The translations under genes were made by a program, and so were the position numbers. From a virus, in IMG/VR virus record IMGVR_UViG_3300013126_000012, positions 1 through 64,000 of that record: a DNA stretch of 64,000 nucleotides; one strand, 5' to 3'. The stretch's first letter is position 1, and each line of letters opens with the position of its first letter. Of the stretch, positions 50,527-60,418 are shown piece by piece. The notes under the pieces were generated by a model. It ran no database searches. It was not told where the DNA came from and saw only the letters and a list, made by a program, of their open reading frames with translations.

Positions 50527-50772
50527 TTAATTAAACATTTTTCTAATTGCATCTTCCGTAATGATATTGCCTACAATGCGACCAATTCCATAGTCATCCA
50601 TCGTAATAATTACACACGGAACACTTTTTACTCCATACTTATCACAAGTTAATTTATTTGCATCAACATCAATAATTTGTATAGGAAGTTCTGCTGCCAA
50701 TTTTTCTATTCTAGGTCTTAATGCCTTGCAAGGTTCACACCATGATGCTGTAAAATAAAGTATTTTTTTCAT
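50527..50772 (-). CDS. Thioredoxin
   Basis: FTASWCEPCK and VKSVP. Confidence 0.9.
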   Translation of the reverse strand: MKKILYFTASWCEPCKALRPRIEKLAAELPIQIIDVDANKLTCDKYGVKSVPCVIITMDDYGIGRIVGNIITEDAIRKMFN

Positions 50773-50828
50773 CGTATCTCGTATATTATTTTAACGTCGC
50801 CAAACGTTGTTGTGGTTGTCCAATTCAT
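50769..50828 (-). CDS. 19-aa micro-ORF
   Basis: MNWTTTTTFGDVKIIYEIR, with ATGA overlaps at both ends. Confidence 0.4.
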   Translation of the reverse strand: MNWTTTTTFGDVKIIYEIR

Positions 50829-50986
50829 TTTTCTTCCAATTGATCAATTAAAAATCGTAATCTGTTAATTTCTGTAATAACATCATCACCCAACTCTATT
50901 TTAGACATCATGGATAAATCTATTACTTGCGTTTCTAAAACTTTGATTAATTCTCGTTGCGCGTTTATTAAATCTTCTTTATTCAT
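50825..50986 (-). CDS. Hypothetical coiled-coil protein (53 aa)
   Basis: Manual translation MNKEDLINAQRELIKVLETQVIDLSMMSKIELGDDVITEINRLRFLIDQLEEK. Confidence 0.6.
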   Translation of the reverse strand: MNKEDLINAQRELIKVLETQVIDLSMMSKIELGDDVITEINRLRFLIDQLEEK

Positions 50987-51798
50987 TATACTCCTCGTTT
51001 AGTGTCAAATGCAATGATATGATCTCTGCCTGTCATATTATATCCTTTCTCAGCACACATATCAAATACCACAGGATACATTTTTATTAATTCTTCTCTG
51101 TTATCACCCGCGGGCATTATAAATGTTTTAGATTTTGGAATATTATGTAATACTCTAAATTCTTCAATTTCTTCTAGATTATACGCTGTGCCATCCCATA
51201 CTGGTTTATAATGATAATCTGCGTGAAATGCAATCATCTGTTTGATTGCTTCGTGATTGAGACGAAATTTATTGTGTTGCGCCACCATCTTTTCATCCGT
51301 AATCGTCCCTTGCGGCGTAGCAACACCCACACGGGGAACGCTATTATCAAACTTAGGACTAAGACTAATAAGCCCAATAGGATAATCGGTAGCAATAAAA
51401 TGCGAGCCTTCTGTTTCAATCGTGATAAGAATGTTTCTTTCATGTGCAAAATGAGTTAATTCATTTACCAAAGCCGGATGCATTGTCGGCGAACCACCAG
51501 TTAACATCATTTCTTTGATGTGTGGATTTTCATCGTATATCTTTATGATATCATTGAATGTAAATGTGCCTTTTTCTGGATGGATACTTGTATACCATGA
51601 ATCGCACCAACCGCCTTCACCAAACCAACATCTATGCGTACAGCCCGTAGTTCGTACTGCAATTGTTGGTCGTCCAAATCGGCTACCCTCTGACTGTACG
51701 CATCGATACAATTCTACTATTGGTAGTGTTTTGTTGTAATCTGTTATTCTTTTAGAAGGGGAGGTCGTCATCGTGGTACTCATTACTATTGGTAACAT
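50986..51798 (-). CDS. queE: 7-carboxy-7-deazaguanine synthase (radical SAM); true start probably a few codons downstream
   Basis: VQSEGSRFGRP, RTTGCTHRCWFGEGGWCDS, LTGG, IETEG, SLSPK, R.H. Confidence 0.92.
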   Translation of the reverse strand: MLPIVMSTTMTTSPSKRITDYNKTLPIVELYRCVQSEGSRFGRPTIAVRTTGCTHRCWFGEGGWCDSWYTSIHPEKGTFTFNDIIKIYDENPHIKEMMLTGGSPTMHPALVNELTHFAHERNILITIETEGSHFIATDYPIGLISLSPKFDNSVPRVGVATPQGTITDEKMVAQHNKFRLNHEAIKQMIAFHADYHYKPVWDGTAYNLEEIEEFRVLHNIPKSKTFIMPAGDNREELIKMYPVVFDMCAEKGYNMTGRDHIIAFDTKRGV

Positions 51799-52150
51799 TG
51801 TTTTCTAATTTTTTTAATAAAGTTGCAAATTTGAATTCTAATTCTTCAAGTCGTTGATGTATTTCGATTAACGCAGATCGTCTTACAATTGGCGTCAAAT
51901 CCATCTCAGGTTTAGTTGCAAAGAATTCATCCAAAAATGATACAGGATACAGTTGCACCTGATTGTATTCTGGTTTTTGTGCTTCTTTTGGTAGCATTCT
52001 ATATTTGATATCAACGCCCCGTTTAATAGCTTCCGCTGTTACTTCTCGACCAATGTTTGATCCACCAGAGCCTTTACCTAAATATTCAAAAAGCGATATA
52101 TAAGTGTCATCATTATTCTTCATAACTTGCTGAGTTTCTTTCGTGTTCAT
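51752..52150 (-). CDS. Hypothetical protein between queD and queE
   Basis: YISLFEYLG...LYPVSFLDEFF; acidic DDDLPF tail. Confidence 0.65.
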   Translation of the reverse strand: MNTKETQQVMKNNDDTYISLFEYLGKGSGGSNIGREVTAEAIKRGVDIKYRMLPKEAQKPEYNQVQLYPVSFLDEFFATKPEMDLTPIVRRSALIEIHQRLEELEFKFATLLKKLENNVTNSNEYHDDDLPF

Positions 52151-52577
52151 ATACTTCTACTTTTATTGCTTGAACTCTGCCTTCGGTTTCTTCAAACAAA
52201 AATTTATTAATTACTGCGTACAAATATTCAGCAAACCGTTCACAACCTGTAGCAGGTAATACACGTAATTGAATTACGCCATCTTCATACATTTGTTTAA
52301 ATTTTTCTAAATATGGATCGTCTTGTGCTATGATTGTAGTGTGGTCTAAAAGATAATCAAAATATGCTTTTGGAGACATACCATTTATTTTAGCTTTTGC
52401 ACGTTTCATGCCGCCAAAATCAAATACCCAATTACGATGATCTAAATCTCCTTCAAACCATACTCGAAATGATACTGCATACCCATGTAAAAATTTACAA
52501 TGAGTTCCTTCTGCTCGCCATTGGCGAAAACATGTTGAATATCCATCAAATAGTTTTGTTGATGTAAATTGTGCCAT
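52113..52577 (-). CDS. queD: 6-carboxy-5,6,7,8-tetrahydropterin synthase
   Basis: CKFLHGY, WVFDFG, LDH, GCE, VEVYE...NSA. Confidence 0.9.
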   Translation of the reverse strand: MAQFTSTKLFDGYSTCFRQWRAEGTHCKFLHGYAVSFRVWFEGDLDHRNWVFDFGGMKRAKAKINGMSPKAYFDYLLDHTTIIAQDDPYLEKFKQMYEDGVIQLRVLPATGCERFAEYLYAVINKFLFEETEGRVQAIKVEVYEHERNSASYEE

Positions 52578-53278
52578 TAATTATAACCTTTTACAAATTG
52601 ATAAAATTCTGATCTTGCATTTCCATCATCTAAAAATGCTCCAGATAACTTTGCAGTCTTCATTGAAGCTCCGCCATGTTTAACTCCACGACATTGAACA
52701 CAATTATGTGTTGCTTCAATCATAACTGCTACACCTTTATTGCGTTCAATAAGCTCATCTATTGCGTGATGAATTGCTACTGTTAATTGTTCTTGAATTG
52801 CACCTCTTCTACCAAAGTGTTCTACAACGCGATTCAATTTACTTAAACCAATAACATTGCTATTCTCACCTGGAATGTATGCAACATGAACTAAGCCCAT
52901 AATTGTTTGATGATGATGTGAGCACATTGAAGTTAATGGAATGCCTCCTTCAAATACAATGCCATCATATCCGTCACTAGGAAATGCTGTGATTCCCGAC
53001 ATTGGTTCATATCTGCCAGCCCATAAATCATTAACATATGCCTTTGCAACTCTACGTGGAGTATCTGCAGAATTTGGATCTGATTCCCATGTAACGCCTA
53101 GAGCAGTTAAAAATTGCCCATAATGATAAGCTGCTTTATCAATTATTGCTTGTTTTTCTTGTTGCGTTAATTTAGCATCCGGACCTTCTAACGATTGTTT
53201 TGTTGCTAATTGAATTGAAACGCCATTAGCAAAACCAGGATGCACTAATTCTAAATTTTTTCTTTGTTTGTCTGTCAT
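52577..53278 (-). CDS. folE: GTP cyclohydrolase I
   Basis: TPRRVAK, SMCSHH, GLSKLNR, QEQLT, HNCVQCRG. Confidence 0.96.
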   Translation of the reverse strand: MTDKQRKNLELVHPGFANGVSIQLATKQSLEGPDAKLTQQEKQAIIDKAAYHYGQFLTALGVTWESDPNSADTPRRVAKAYVNDLWAGRYEPMSGITAFPSDGYDGIVFEGGIPLTSMCSHHHQTIMGLVHVAYIPGENSNVIGLSKLNRVVEHFGRRGAIQEQLTVAIHHAIDELIERNKGVAVMIEATHNCVQCRGVKHGGASMKTAKLSGAFLDDGNARSEFYQFVKGYN

Positions 53279-53330
53279 AACTTAATTCTTATTTTTAATA
53301 TAATAAAACTTATTGAAATTCCAAAGTTTT

Positions 53331-53864
53331 TTACATGTTTGGGTCACCCGGAGTATCTATACCAGATGCATCGTATTTTGGTGTATTGCTATTTAACTTT
53401 ACGTACACACTACCTCTATTTCCTGATGTTATAGTTGCATTAGGGTAAGCATTTTTAATATACCTTATATAAAGATTTAATCTAGATATATTTGTAGTTT
53501 CGCCTTCTTTTTTTGCTGGGGTAAATGTTATGGTATCAATTTCAGGATGGTCTTGCAAATCTTTTTTAATAATTGCAGTTACAGTTGCCATAACTCTAAA
53601 TAGTTCACCTTTATTTGCTACTATATTGTCTCTTTCTATATCCGGGTCATCTTCATCGGGGATATAAAATCTTACTCCTAATATGTTAGTTGTATCTTCA
53701 TCATAGGCATCGAAATCAGCATATTGTAATTCTACAGTATATGGATAATTTTCAGTATCAAACCCATAAATTCTCATATTATCATAATCGCCATAAAAAT
53801 CAAATCGATATGGTTGTGAACTTGCATCACCTATTTCTTTAAGTATTGTTTTTAATCGTATCAT
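53331..53864 (-). CDS. Hypothetical protein, MIRLK N-terminus
   Basis: Start reassigned to MIRLKTILKEIGD, directly after ATATTTATTAAT. Confidence 0.75.
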   Translation of the reverse strand: MIRLKTILKEIGDASSQPYRFDFYGDYDNMRIYGFDTENYPYTVELQYADFDAYDEDTTNILGVRFYIPDEDDPDIERDNIVANKGELFRVMATVTAIIKKDLQDHPEIDTITFTPAKKEGETTNISRLNLYIRYIKNAYPNATITSGNRGSVYVKLNSNTPKYDASGIDTPGDPNM

Positions 53865-53877
53865 ATTAATAAATATC
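53865..53877 (-). promoter_or_regulatory. Representative ATATTTAT promoter-like motif (class B)
   Basis: GATATTTATTAAT-ATG. Copies have plus-strand ATAAATAT at 603, 6369, 12863, 15665, 17818, 21647, 23417, 36399, 42161, 46245, 56024, 62057 and 63560. Confidence 0.7.
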
Positions 53878-54084
53878 TTTGAATGCAGTATTGCCTTTTT
53901 CATGTGCCGGTTCATACGCACAATGTCTACAACCCGATCCACAACAAGCACCTCGTTTACGATGATATGCTTCAGTCATTACCATTCGACCATTTTCCCA
54001 ATAAAAATCCTCCGGAGAGAGCTTGTTTCCAAACTCTCTCACAAAGGCTTGTTGTATCCAATCTTTTGATGCTGGCTGTATCAT
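53866..54084 (-). CDS. DUF5522-like Cys-rich small protein
   Basis: DFYWENG.MVMTE.YH.KRG.CCGSGCRHCAY. Confidence 0.8.
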   Translation of the reverse strand: MIQPASKDWIQQAFVREFGNKLSPEDFYWENGRMVMTEAYHRKRGACCGSGCRHCAYEPAHEKGNTAFKDIY

Positions 54085-55940
54085 TAGCGCACCTCACATG
54101 CCCCATTCGCGCAGGCCAACTCACCAGCTAAATCCGTATTATCATCTAATTCAATTACCTTACTTAAATCAATGTTATGAAGTGATTTCATCATTGTTTC
54201 ATATGTTTCTTGGGTGATATCCTCGAAGGGCGCTTGAGTGTAGGTGCCCCCGTCGAATGGCAGAACTGATAATCCATTGTAATGTGCACGCTCCGTCCAC
54301 ATCCATTCTCCTGCCAATTCCCATTCGTCAGCCTTTAAGGAAACCGTTGCAGATACATTATGTGTATTATTTCCACTTCTATGTCCTGGTTTAACCCATT
54401 CTAAGTGCACCTTTTTAATACGATCTAATAATGCAAATGGAGATTCTGTTCTTAGTATAGCGCCTTCTGGTGCTTTTTGTGGAATTGAAATTACCGCAGT
54501 ATCATGAGGACGGAAATATTCATCTTCAACGAGCTCTGGATGATATTCTGCTAAATATGTGTAAATAGCTTCATTTTTTCCAACACGTATTCTTCTTACA
54601 TAATAATCATTGTGCCAAGCATGAATACCTGATGATGTTCCTAATGCTAAAGATGTTGTTCCTGCAGGCTTAACCGTTGTGGTACGAGCTGAACGATTAA
54701 TACCAATCAATTCTGCTACTCGTTGATTTTCTTCTTTAACTGCCTTTGCAGCCGCTTTCATATCATATCCTAATACCGTGCCAGATCCGATACCTGTCAT
54801 TGATACGCCAATAAGTGCATCTTTCTCAGTTGTGCGTTTCCATATTGGACGAAGATAATGAAAGTCTGTATATCCTGCTTGAAGTGTTCCGATAAATGCT
54901 GCAGCACGTACTCGTGCCATTAAATCGTCTTGCGATTCAACGTCCGATGCATTTACTTCACATAGGTTACAAAATTGAAATGGTCGAAGTGCAATTTCGC
55001 AACATGGGTTAGTTCCCCAATCTTTGTCATTGCTCAAATAAATTCCAGGTTCTCCTGCATTTGATAATTCAACTCGTTTCCATAAATCCATGAAAAATTC
55101 TTTGGTAACTTTGTGACGAATCAATACTGCAGAATTATTTGCTCGACCTCGTTGTGGATTTGTTTCCCACCATGCACCTGATTTACATGCAATCATTTCT
55201 TCATCGTCTGCACTAAATAAAGATATAAGTGCTGCTCTACGAATTCCACCTGCTAATACTGCATCTGCAACGTGACATACCATATCATGTACTTCAATTG
55301 GAGAAAGTTTATCGCCATCTTCTTTAGCATCTAAAATACCTTGCAATTTAATCAAACATTCTTTTAAAGGTTGTGGGCCTGGAGCTTTTCCTCCTGATGT
55401 AACCAATCTAGCACCTTTAGCTCTAATGTCTGAAAAATCAAATGCATATGATGTTCCGCCTTCAAAATAAGATTTAACTAGAACTTTTACTGCATCTGCC
55501 CATCCTTCAATTGAATCTGCAATCAAATATCTTCGAGTACGTTTTAGGTTTGGTTTACGAATTTCCGGTAATGCTTCAACATGATGTTTTTGCACAGAAT
55601 AACCAACGCCTGTCCCGCCTAGCAATAAAAACATTGCCTCTGCAAAAGCACGATAATCATCTATAGGAAGATATGCACAATTATAAATTCGATTAGGAGA
55701 GATTTCAATTGGTTTGCCTCCAAATTGTAAACTACGCATTGAAGGTAATACTTTTTTATTATATACAAATTGATATGCAGATTCAATTTCTTCCCGTAAG
55801 TTGGGATATTTTTTGATGTGCATTTCTTTGTTTCTTGTAACTAGTTCTTCCCATGTTTCTCTGCGGTTAAGCTCGGGAAGATATTTTGAATATTTCATGT
55901 AGACTGTAATTTCACTTAAGATTTGATTTGAAATCTCCAT
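54084..55940 (-). CDS. nrdJ: Class II (adenosylcobalamin-dependent) ribonucleotide reductase
   Basis: PSMR, YNC, GTGVG, GEPG, GTNPCCEI, CNL, TTVKPAGT, C-terminal CANGAC. Confidence 0.92.
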   Translation of the reverse strand: MEISNQILSEITVYMKYSKYLPELNRRETWEELVTRNKEMHIKKYPNLREEIESAYQFVYNKKVLPSMRSLQFGGKPIEISPNRIYNCAYLPIDDYRAFAEAMFLLLGGTGVGYSVQKHHVEALPEIRKPNLKRTRRYLIADSIEGWADAVKVLVKSYFEGGTSYAFDFSDIRAKGARLVTSGGKAPGPQPLKECLIKLQGILDAKEDGDKLSPIEVHDMVCHVADAVLAGGIRRAALISLFSADDEEMIACKSGAWWETNPQRGRANNSAVLIRHKVTKEFFMDLWKRVELSNAGEPGIYLSNDKDWGTNPCCEIALRPFQFCNLCEVNASDVESQDDLMARVRAAAFIGTLQAGYTDFHYLRPIWKRTTEKDALIGVSMTGIGSGTVLGYDMKAAAKAVKEENQRVAELIGINRSARTTTVKPAGTTSLALGTSSGIHAWHNDYYVRRIRVGKNEAIYTYLAEYHPELVEDEYFRPHDTAVISIPQKAPEGAILRTESPFALLDRIKKVHLEWVKPGHRSGNNTHNVSATVSLKADEWELAGEWMWTERAHYNGLSVLPFDGGTYTQAPFEDITQETYETMMKSLHNIDLSKVIELDDNTDLAGELACANGACEVR

Positions 55941-55986
55941 TGTTGTAATCTCCTTAGATGTTTTATTAACTTAAATTTTTTAGATG

Positions 55987-56010
55987 AAAAAAGGAAGGAG
56001 TACTCCTTCC
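55987..56010 (-). terminator. Perfect palindromic hairpin with U-tract upstream of nrdJ
   Basis: GGAAGGAGTACTCCTTCC (55993-56010) next to an A6 run. Confidence 0.6.
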
Positions 56011-56035
56011 CAATTTCTTTCATATAAATATCATT

Positions 56036-57391
56036 TTATCCCAAAGTTCCTCCAAGATCTTTAAACTTTTGTGCTAAATTTTTCTTAACTAAATTCTCGC
56101 CCGTTTTCATGATCTGCGTAGTTTGTTTGCCTTGAGTTGTTTGTGGTTCAAAGAATTGAAATTGACCATTATTTGTGTTGATTTTACTTGGTAGTGTAAT
56201 ACCATCTGGTCCAAATCGATTCTTAATAACATGTCCTCTACCAGTTCCTGATAATTTATCTTCTACTTTTCTAGATAGTGACATTAAAAAATCAGCAACC
56301 ATTACTTTTCCATACGATGATGCAATTTTGTCTGCTTCAATTACATCTTCTTCCAATGCACTACGACCTGCCTGCGATGCTGTCCATACTGGAATTTTAT
56401 ATTCTCCTGCCATACCTCGCAACTCTTCATATAAATCTTCCAATGCTTCGTGCTTATCTTTTTTAGTATTTACTTTGAGCAAGTCACCGTAATCTACAAT
56501 AATCAAATCAGGTGTTTTGCCTTGCATCATTGTTTTTTCAATATGTGCTTTAAGTGCCATTACTCCTACCGACTTTGTAGGGTAGTATTTAACAATCAAA
56601 TCTCCCGTTAGAGACTGCATCTTTTCTTCCACAGTTTCTTGATGATGCTTAAGTGTTTGTGCGTTTATACCAGTTAAAACCGAGTCATATCGCTGTCCTA
56701 CATAGTTCTCATTGAGCTCTAATGTATAATGTATAACTGTTTTTCCTGCTCTAACTGCATTAGCACCGATGTTGATAAGCATCCAAGATTTACCAATACC
56801 TGCAGGAGCCATCACTACTCCTAACTCACCAGGAGCCAATCCGCCATCCATTAAATCGTCAATAACATCCCAACCCGTTGTGATTGTATGTCGAGCAGCT
56901 TCATTGTATCGTGCAGCTACATTATTAATGTAATCTAATCCAATGTCAGTATCAGCACCAGCTTTCATGGCACTATCCATTTTGGTTTTAATTGCATCAT
57001 AGTTACCCATTTTGAGTAACGATACCGAATCCATAATGGCTCGTTTGATTTCTTGATTCTTGCAAAATTTAAGAATTTCATCTTTTACAAAAGAAAGGTC
57101 ATCAGATTCCATGTAACGGAATACTTCTTTCAATTGTTCTAATACTGCAGTTTTTAAGATGTCATTTTCAATTTCGGTTATTTTGACTTTAAGTACATCT
57201 TTAGATGGCGGAGCTTTGTATTGTCTAAAATGTTCCAATACAATTTCTAACAACCAACTGTTTGCATCTGATTCAAAATAATCAGGTTGAATGATATCTG
57301 CAATTTGTTGTAAAAATATTCGGTCTGTAAATAATGCGGCTATGACTTTGACTTGAAAGCCAAAACCATACTCCGATAAACGATCAGTCAT
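56036..57391 (-). CDS. Replicative DnaB-like helicase (T4 gp41-like)
   Basis: TGW..ID...GG, APAGIGKS, TLE, IVDYGD, TASQ, KNRFG. Confidence 0.93.
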   Translation of the reverse strand: MTDRLSEYGFGFQVKVIAALFTDRIFLQQIADIIQPDYFESDANSWLLEIVLEHFRQYKAPPSKDVLKVKITEIENDILKTAVLEQLKEVFRYMESDDLSFVKDEILKFCKNQEIKRAIMDSVSLLKMGNYDAIKTKMDSAMKAGADTDIGLDYINNVAARYNEAARHTITTGWDVIDDLMDGGLAPGELGVVMAPAGIGKSWMLINIGANAVRAGKTVIHYTLELNENYVGQRYDSVLTGINAQTLKHHQETVEEKMQSLTGDLIVKYYPTKSVGVMALKAHIEKTMMQGKTPDLIIVDYGDLLKVNTKKDKHEALEDLYEELRGMAGEYKIPVWTASQAGRSALEEDVIEADKIASSYGKVMVADFLMSLSRKVEDKLSGTGRGHVIKNRFGPDGITLPSKINTNNGQFQFFEPQTTQGKQTTQIMKTGENLVKKNLAQKFKDLGGTLG

Positions 57392-57426
57392 ATAACCATT
57401 ATATAAAAAACGTTGATAAAATCAAA

Positions 57427-58494
57427 TTATTTGTGTGTTTGTTTTGCAAATGCATTTAAAGACAACCAAGTATTGTTCAACCAATCTGGTAAATTCTTCA
57501 TGATAGCCCACATCTTATCTTCATAAAATAATCTTTGAAACTCAGAACGATTTAATTCAGGTATAGGTTGTTCCATAATACCACGAATCTTTGTTGCAGT
57601 TTGTGCTGGTATATCAAGCAATTTGATATTCATTAATTGATAATTTTGTTCGATGATGCGACTATTATCAAGAATTTTTTGATATGACTTAGATTCTTTA
57701 AGCAATGCCGTGCTTTTGTCAAACAATTGTTGTGTCGAATATGGTGCTGCAGCAGCTAATTCCGGAATCAATTTCAATATAGTTTTTGGACCTATTCCAT
57801 TAACACCTGGAATGTTGTCTGATGCATCGCCCGTAAATGATCTATAAATAACCATGTTAGCAGGATGCACTCCAAATTCTTCTTGCACCGTGTCTACATT
57901 ATACATTTTCTTTTTAATAGGAGACCATACTTGAATATGATCATCTACCAATTGGTAAAAGTCTCTATCTGTAGATACAATTGTAATTTTTTTGCATTCC
58001 GTTTCATACATTTGTGCAATATACGCAATAGTATCATCTGCCTCAATTCCATCCATTGAAATAAATGTAACAGGCAAATTGTCTAGATAAGAAATCAAAC
58101 GACTAAATTGATGTCGCATTGATTCTTGTTCTTGCTCCAAAGTAGATTCATGATGATCATGACGACGCAATTTGGTTTTATTTGCCCTATTTGCTTTGTA
58201 ATCACCATAAATACGTTTTCTTCGTGCAGAACCCCCGCGACCATCAAAAACGATAATGCATCGAGTTGGTTTAAAATCTCGTATGGTTTTGCCTACCGAA
58301 TATAAAAATCCGGTAATACCACCAATATGATCGCCATCTTCATTGTATGCGGGAGTTGCGCCGAAGCTTCTAATAAAAGTGTTCAGTCCGTCAAACACCA
58401 TGAGATGATCATTGACGCTTGACGGAGCAGAACTCTTTTCTTTTTGTAACTCTTTGAATAGCTGTTGATACTTATTCTTCATCATAAACTTCAT
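57427..58494 (-). CDS. 5'-3' exonuclease / flap endonuclease (T4 RNase H, PolI N-terminal-like)
   Basis: FDG, YKANR, EADD, STDRDFYQL, GDASDNIPGV.GIGPKT. Confidence 0.93.
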   Translation of the reverse strand: MKFMMKNKYQQLFKELQKEKSSAPSSVNDHLMVFDGLNTFIRSFGATPAYNEDGDHIGGITGFLYSVGKTIRDFKPTRCIIVFDGRGGSARRKRIYGDYKANRANKTKLRRHDHHESTLEQEQESMRHQFSRLISYLDNLPVTFISMDGIEADDTIAYIAQMYETECKKITIVSTDRDFYQLVDDHIQVWSPIKKKMYNVDTVQEEFGVHPANMVIYRSFTGDASDNIPGVNGIGPKTILKLIPELAAAAPYSTQQLFDKSTALLKESKSYQKILDNSRIIEQNYQLMNIKLLDIPAQTATKIRGIMEQPIPELNRSEFQRLFYEDKMWAIMKNLPDWLNNTWLSLNAFAKQTHK

Positions 58495-59632
58495 CTACGA
58501 CAATTACGTCATCAATACCACCATCAACACCGGCTTGATATTTGAAGATATAAGCATCGCATATTCTTTGATATAACCTTTCTTTTGCTTCTGAGTTATT
58601 AATAACCTTTTCCACAAAATCTTTGCTTTGAAATTTGAATTCGCCAAACGATTCTCCGGTTTCAATATCTACGTCATCCATAGTATACCAAGCACCTGAT
58701 TGTTTAACAATATCAAAATTCTTCATGATGTTTAACCAACCACCATAATTGTCAATACCAGAATCATAATAGATTTCATAATCAACTTTGCGATGTGGAG
58801 GACCCATCCTGTTTTTTACTACTTGTACATTTGTTTTGCTACCCACAACTTGTTCTACACCACTTACTTTGGCTTTGATCATTCCGGTATTTTTCAAACG
58901 CAATCTAACCGAAGCATGAAATGGAATTGCTTTACCGCCTGCAGTTGTCCATTGGTCACCAAATGATACGCCCATTTTGGTACGTAATTGATTGGTAAAT
59001 ATGAGACAAATACGTTCGCGTGCAATCCAATTGGTAACTTTTCGCATTGCCTTTGATAATATAATGGATTTGCTTGTTGCATAACCATCCTTATCATACT
59101 CAGCTGACATTTCAATTTTTGTAGATGCACCCATGATTGAATCCACTACAATTGTAACTAAACGATTTTTGTCTGATTTACGTACTCCTTCAACAATAGT
59201 TTCAATTGTTTCAAAAATTTCTTCAATTGTCTCTAAAGGAACATAAAGCATTGTTTTCAAATCAACGCCAATTGCTGTTAAAAATTCAGAACTCACTGCG
59301 GCTTCTGTATCAATATATACTGCTAATCCGCCTTTCTTTTGTGTTTCTGCTAATGTGTGTGCAGCTAACAACGATTTACCAGATGCTTCCAATCCGGTAA
59401 TTTCAGTGATGCGCCCAACGGGAAAACCTCCATGGGCGCGATTTGAAATTGCTAAATCGAGCATCGAGCAACCAGATGATACCCACTCTGTTACATTGCT
59501 TGGAGCATCTTCATCGCCATCTAAAAAGAATGCAGTTTTGAGTGCTTGACCTTTAAATTGCTTGTTGATACTTTCTGCCAATGTTGATGCTAGAGCATCT
59601 TCTATTTCCAGTTTACTTTTACTCTTTGCCAT
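58472..59632 (-). CDS. recA: RecA/UvsX recombinase
   Basis: GGFPVGRITE, GLEASGKS, YIDTE, VVDS, FTNQLR, GGKAIPFHASVR, VKNR. Confidence 0.93.
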   Translation of the reverse strand: MAKSKSKLEIEDALASTLAESINKQFKGQALKTAFFLDGDEDAPSNVTEWVSSGCSMLDLAISNRAHGGFPVGRITEITGLEASGKSLLAAHTLAETQKKGGLAVYIDTEAAVSSEFLTAIGVDLKTMLYVPLETIEEIFETIETIVEGVRKSDKNRLVTIVVDSIMGASTKIEMSAEYDKDGYATSKSIILSKAMRKVTNWIARERICLIFTNQLRTKMGVSFGDQWTTAGGKAIPFHASVRLRLKNTGMIKAKVSGVEQVVGSKTNVQVVKNRMGPPHRKVDYEIYYDSGIDNYGGWLNIMKNFDIVKQSGAWYTMDDVDIETGESFGEFKFQSKDFVEKVINNSEAKERLYQRICDAYIFKYQAGVDGGIDDVIVVDEVYDEE

Positions 59633-59647
59633 TTTATAACCTCACTG

Positions 59648-60418
59648 TTAGTTGTTGAATAAATCATCAAATGCAGAAGCAACATCATCAACTTTTTTAG
59701 TTGCAGCCGGCTTAGCAGCTTTTGCTGGAGCAGGAGCTTCTTCTTCATCATCCGAATCAACATCTGAATCTGCATTTTCTGGATTCATCCATTCTGCTAA
59801 TGCTTTTTCTAGTTCTTCATAAGATGGTTCTGGAAATAAATCAGTAATCGTAGGTTGATTCATGATTTTTTGTGCAATCTCTTTGTCTTCGGTTGCAGGT
59901 TGTGTATTAGGCTTAACACGAATTGCAGTCTTTGGATAAGCTCCGCCTTCTGCTGGCGTAAATTCTACATCAATATCACGACCATTCATCAAATCCGTAA
60001 TGTCGCCATAATCTGGATCAGAGATAATTGAAAGCAATTCTGTGTAGATTGTTTTACCAAATCCCCAAAACTTAACACCTTCAGATTCTTTACCGCGAAC
60101 AATTACAGGAACATAAGTACGCATTTTAGGTTCAATCTTACGACCCATTAGCCAATCTTCTTTATCTCCGGTCTTTTTAAGCTTATCTGCAAATTCTACG
60201 ATTGGATCTGCGTTGCCAAATGTGATCGGCGATAACATGGATTTCTTTCCGATGTCATAATGAAAATACAATTCTAAAAACGGATTTTCTTTGCGGTGGA
60301 CGTATGGTACAATGCGCACCCTCGTTTTTCCTGCTTCGGGTTTCCAAAGATTCTGTTTTTTGTCATCGGCTTTGTTTAATTGATTAAGTTTTGCTTTGAT
60401 AGCGTCTAAGTTTAACAT
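59648..60418 (-). CDS. Single-stranded DNA-binding protein (gp32-like)
   Basis: WKP...RVRIVP, VKFWGFGKTIY, DITD...GRD, acidic tail AFDDLFNN. Confidence 0.8.
   Translation of the reverse strand: MLNLDAIKAKLNQLNKADDKKQNLWKPEAGKTRVRIVPYVHRKENPFLELYFHYDIGKKSMLSPITFGNADPIVEFADKLKKTGDKEDWLMGRKIEPKMRTYVPVIVRGKESEGVKFWGFGKTIYTELLSIISDPDYGDITDLMNGRDIDVEFTPAEGGAYPKTAIRVKPNTQPATEDKEIAQKIMNQPTITDLFPEPSYEELEKALAEWMNPENADSDVDSDDEEEAPAPAKAAKPAATKKVDDVASAFDDLFNN

Noticed and set aside
55941-56035. Cobalamin riboswitch before nrdJ
   Set aside because: The intergenic region is under 100 nt, AT-rich, and has no recognisable B12-box.
47468-59632. Inteins or introns in PolB, RNR, helicase or RecA
   Set aside because: Lengths are normal, motifs are contiguous, and no splice-junction motifs or interrupted frames were seen.
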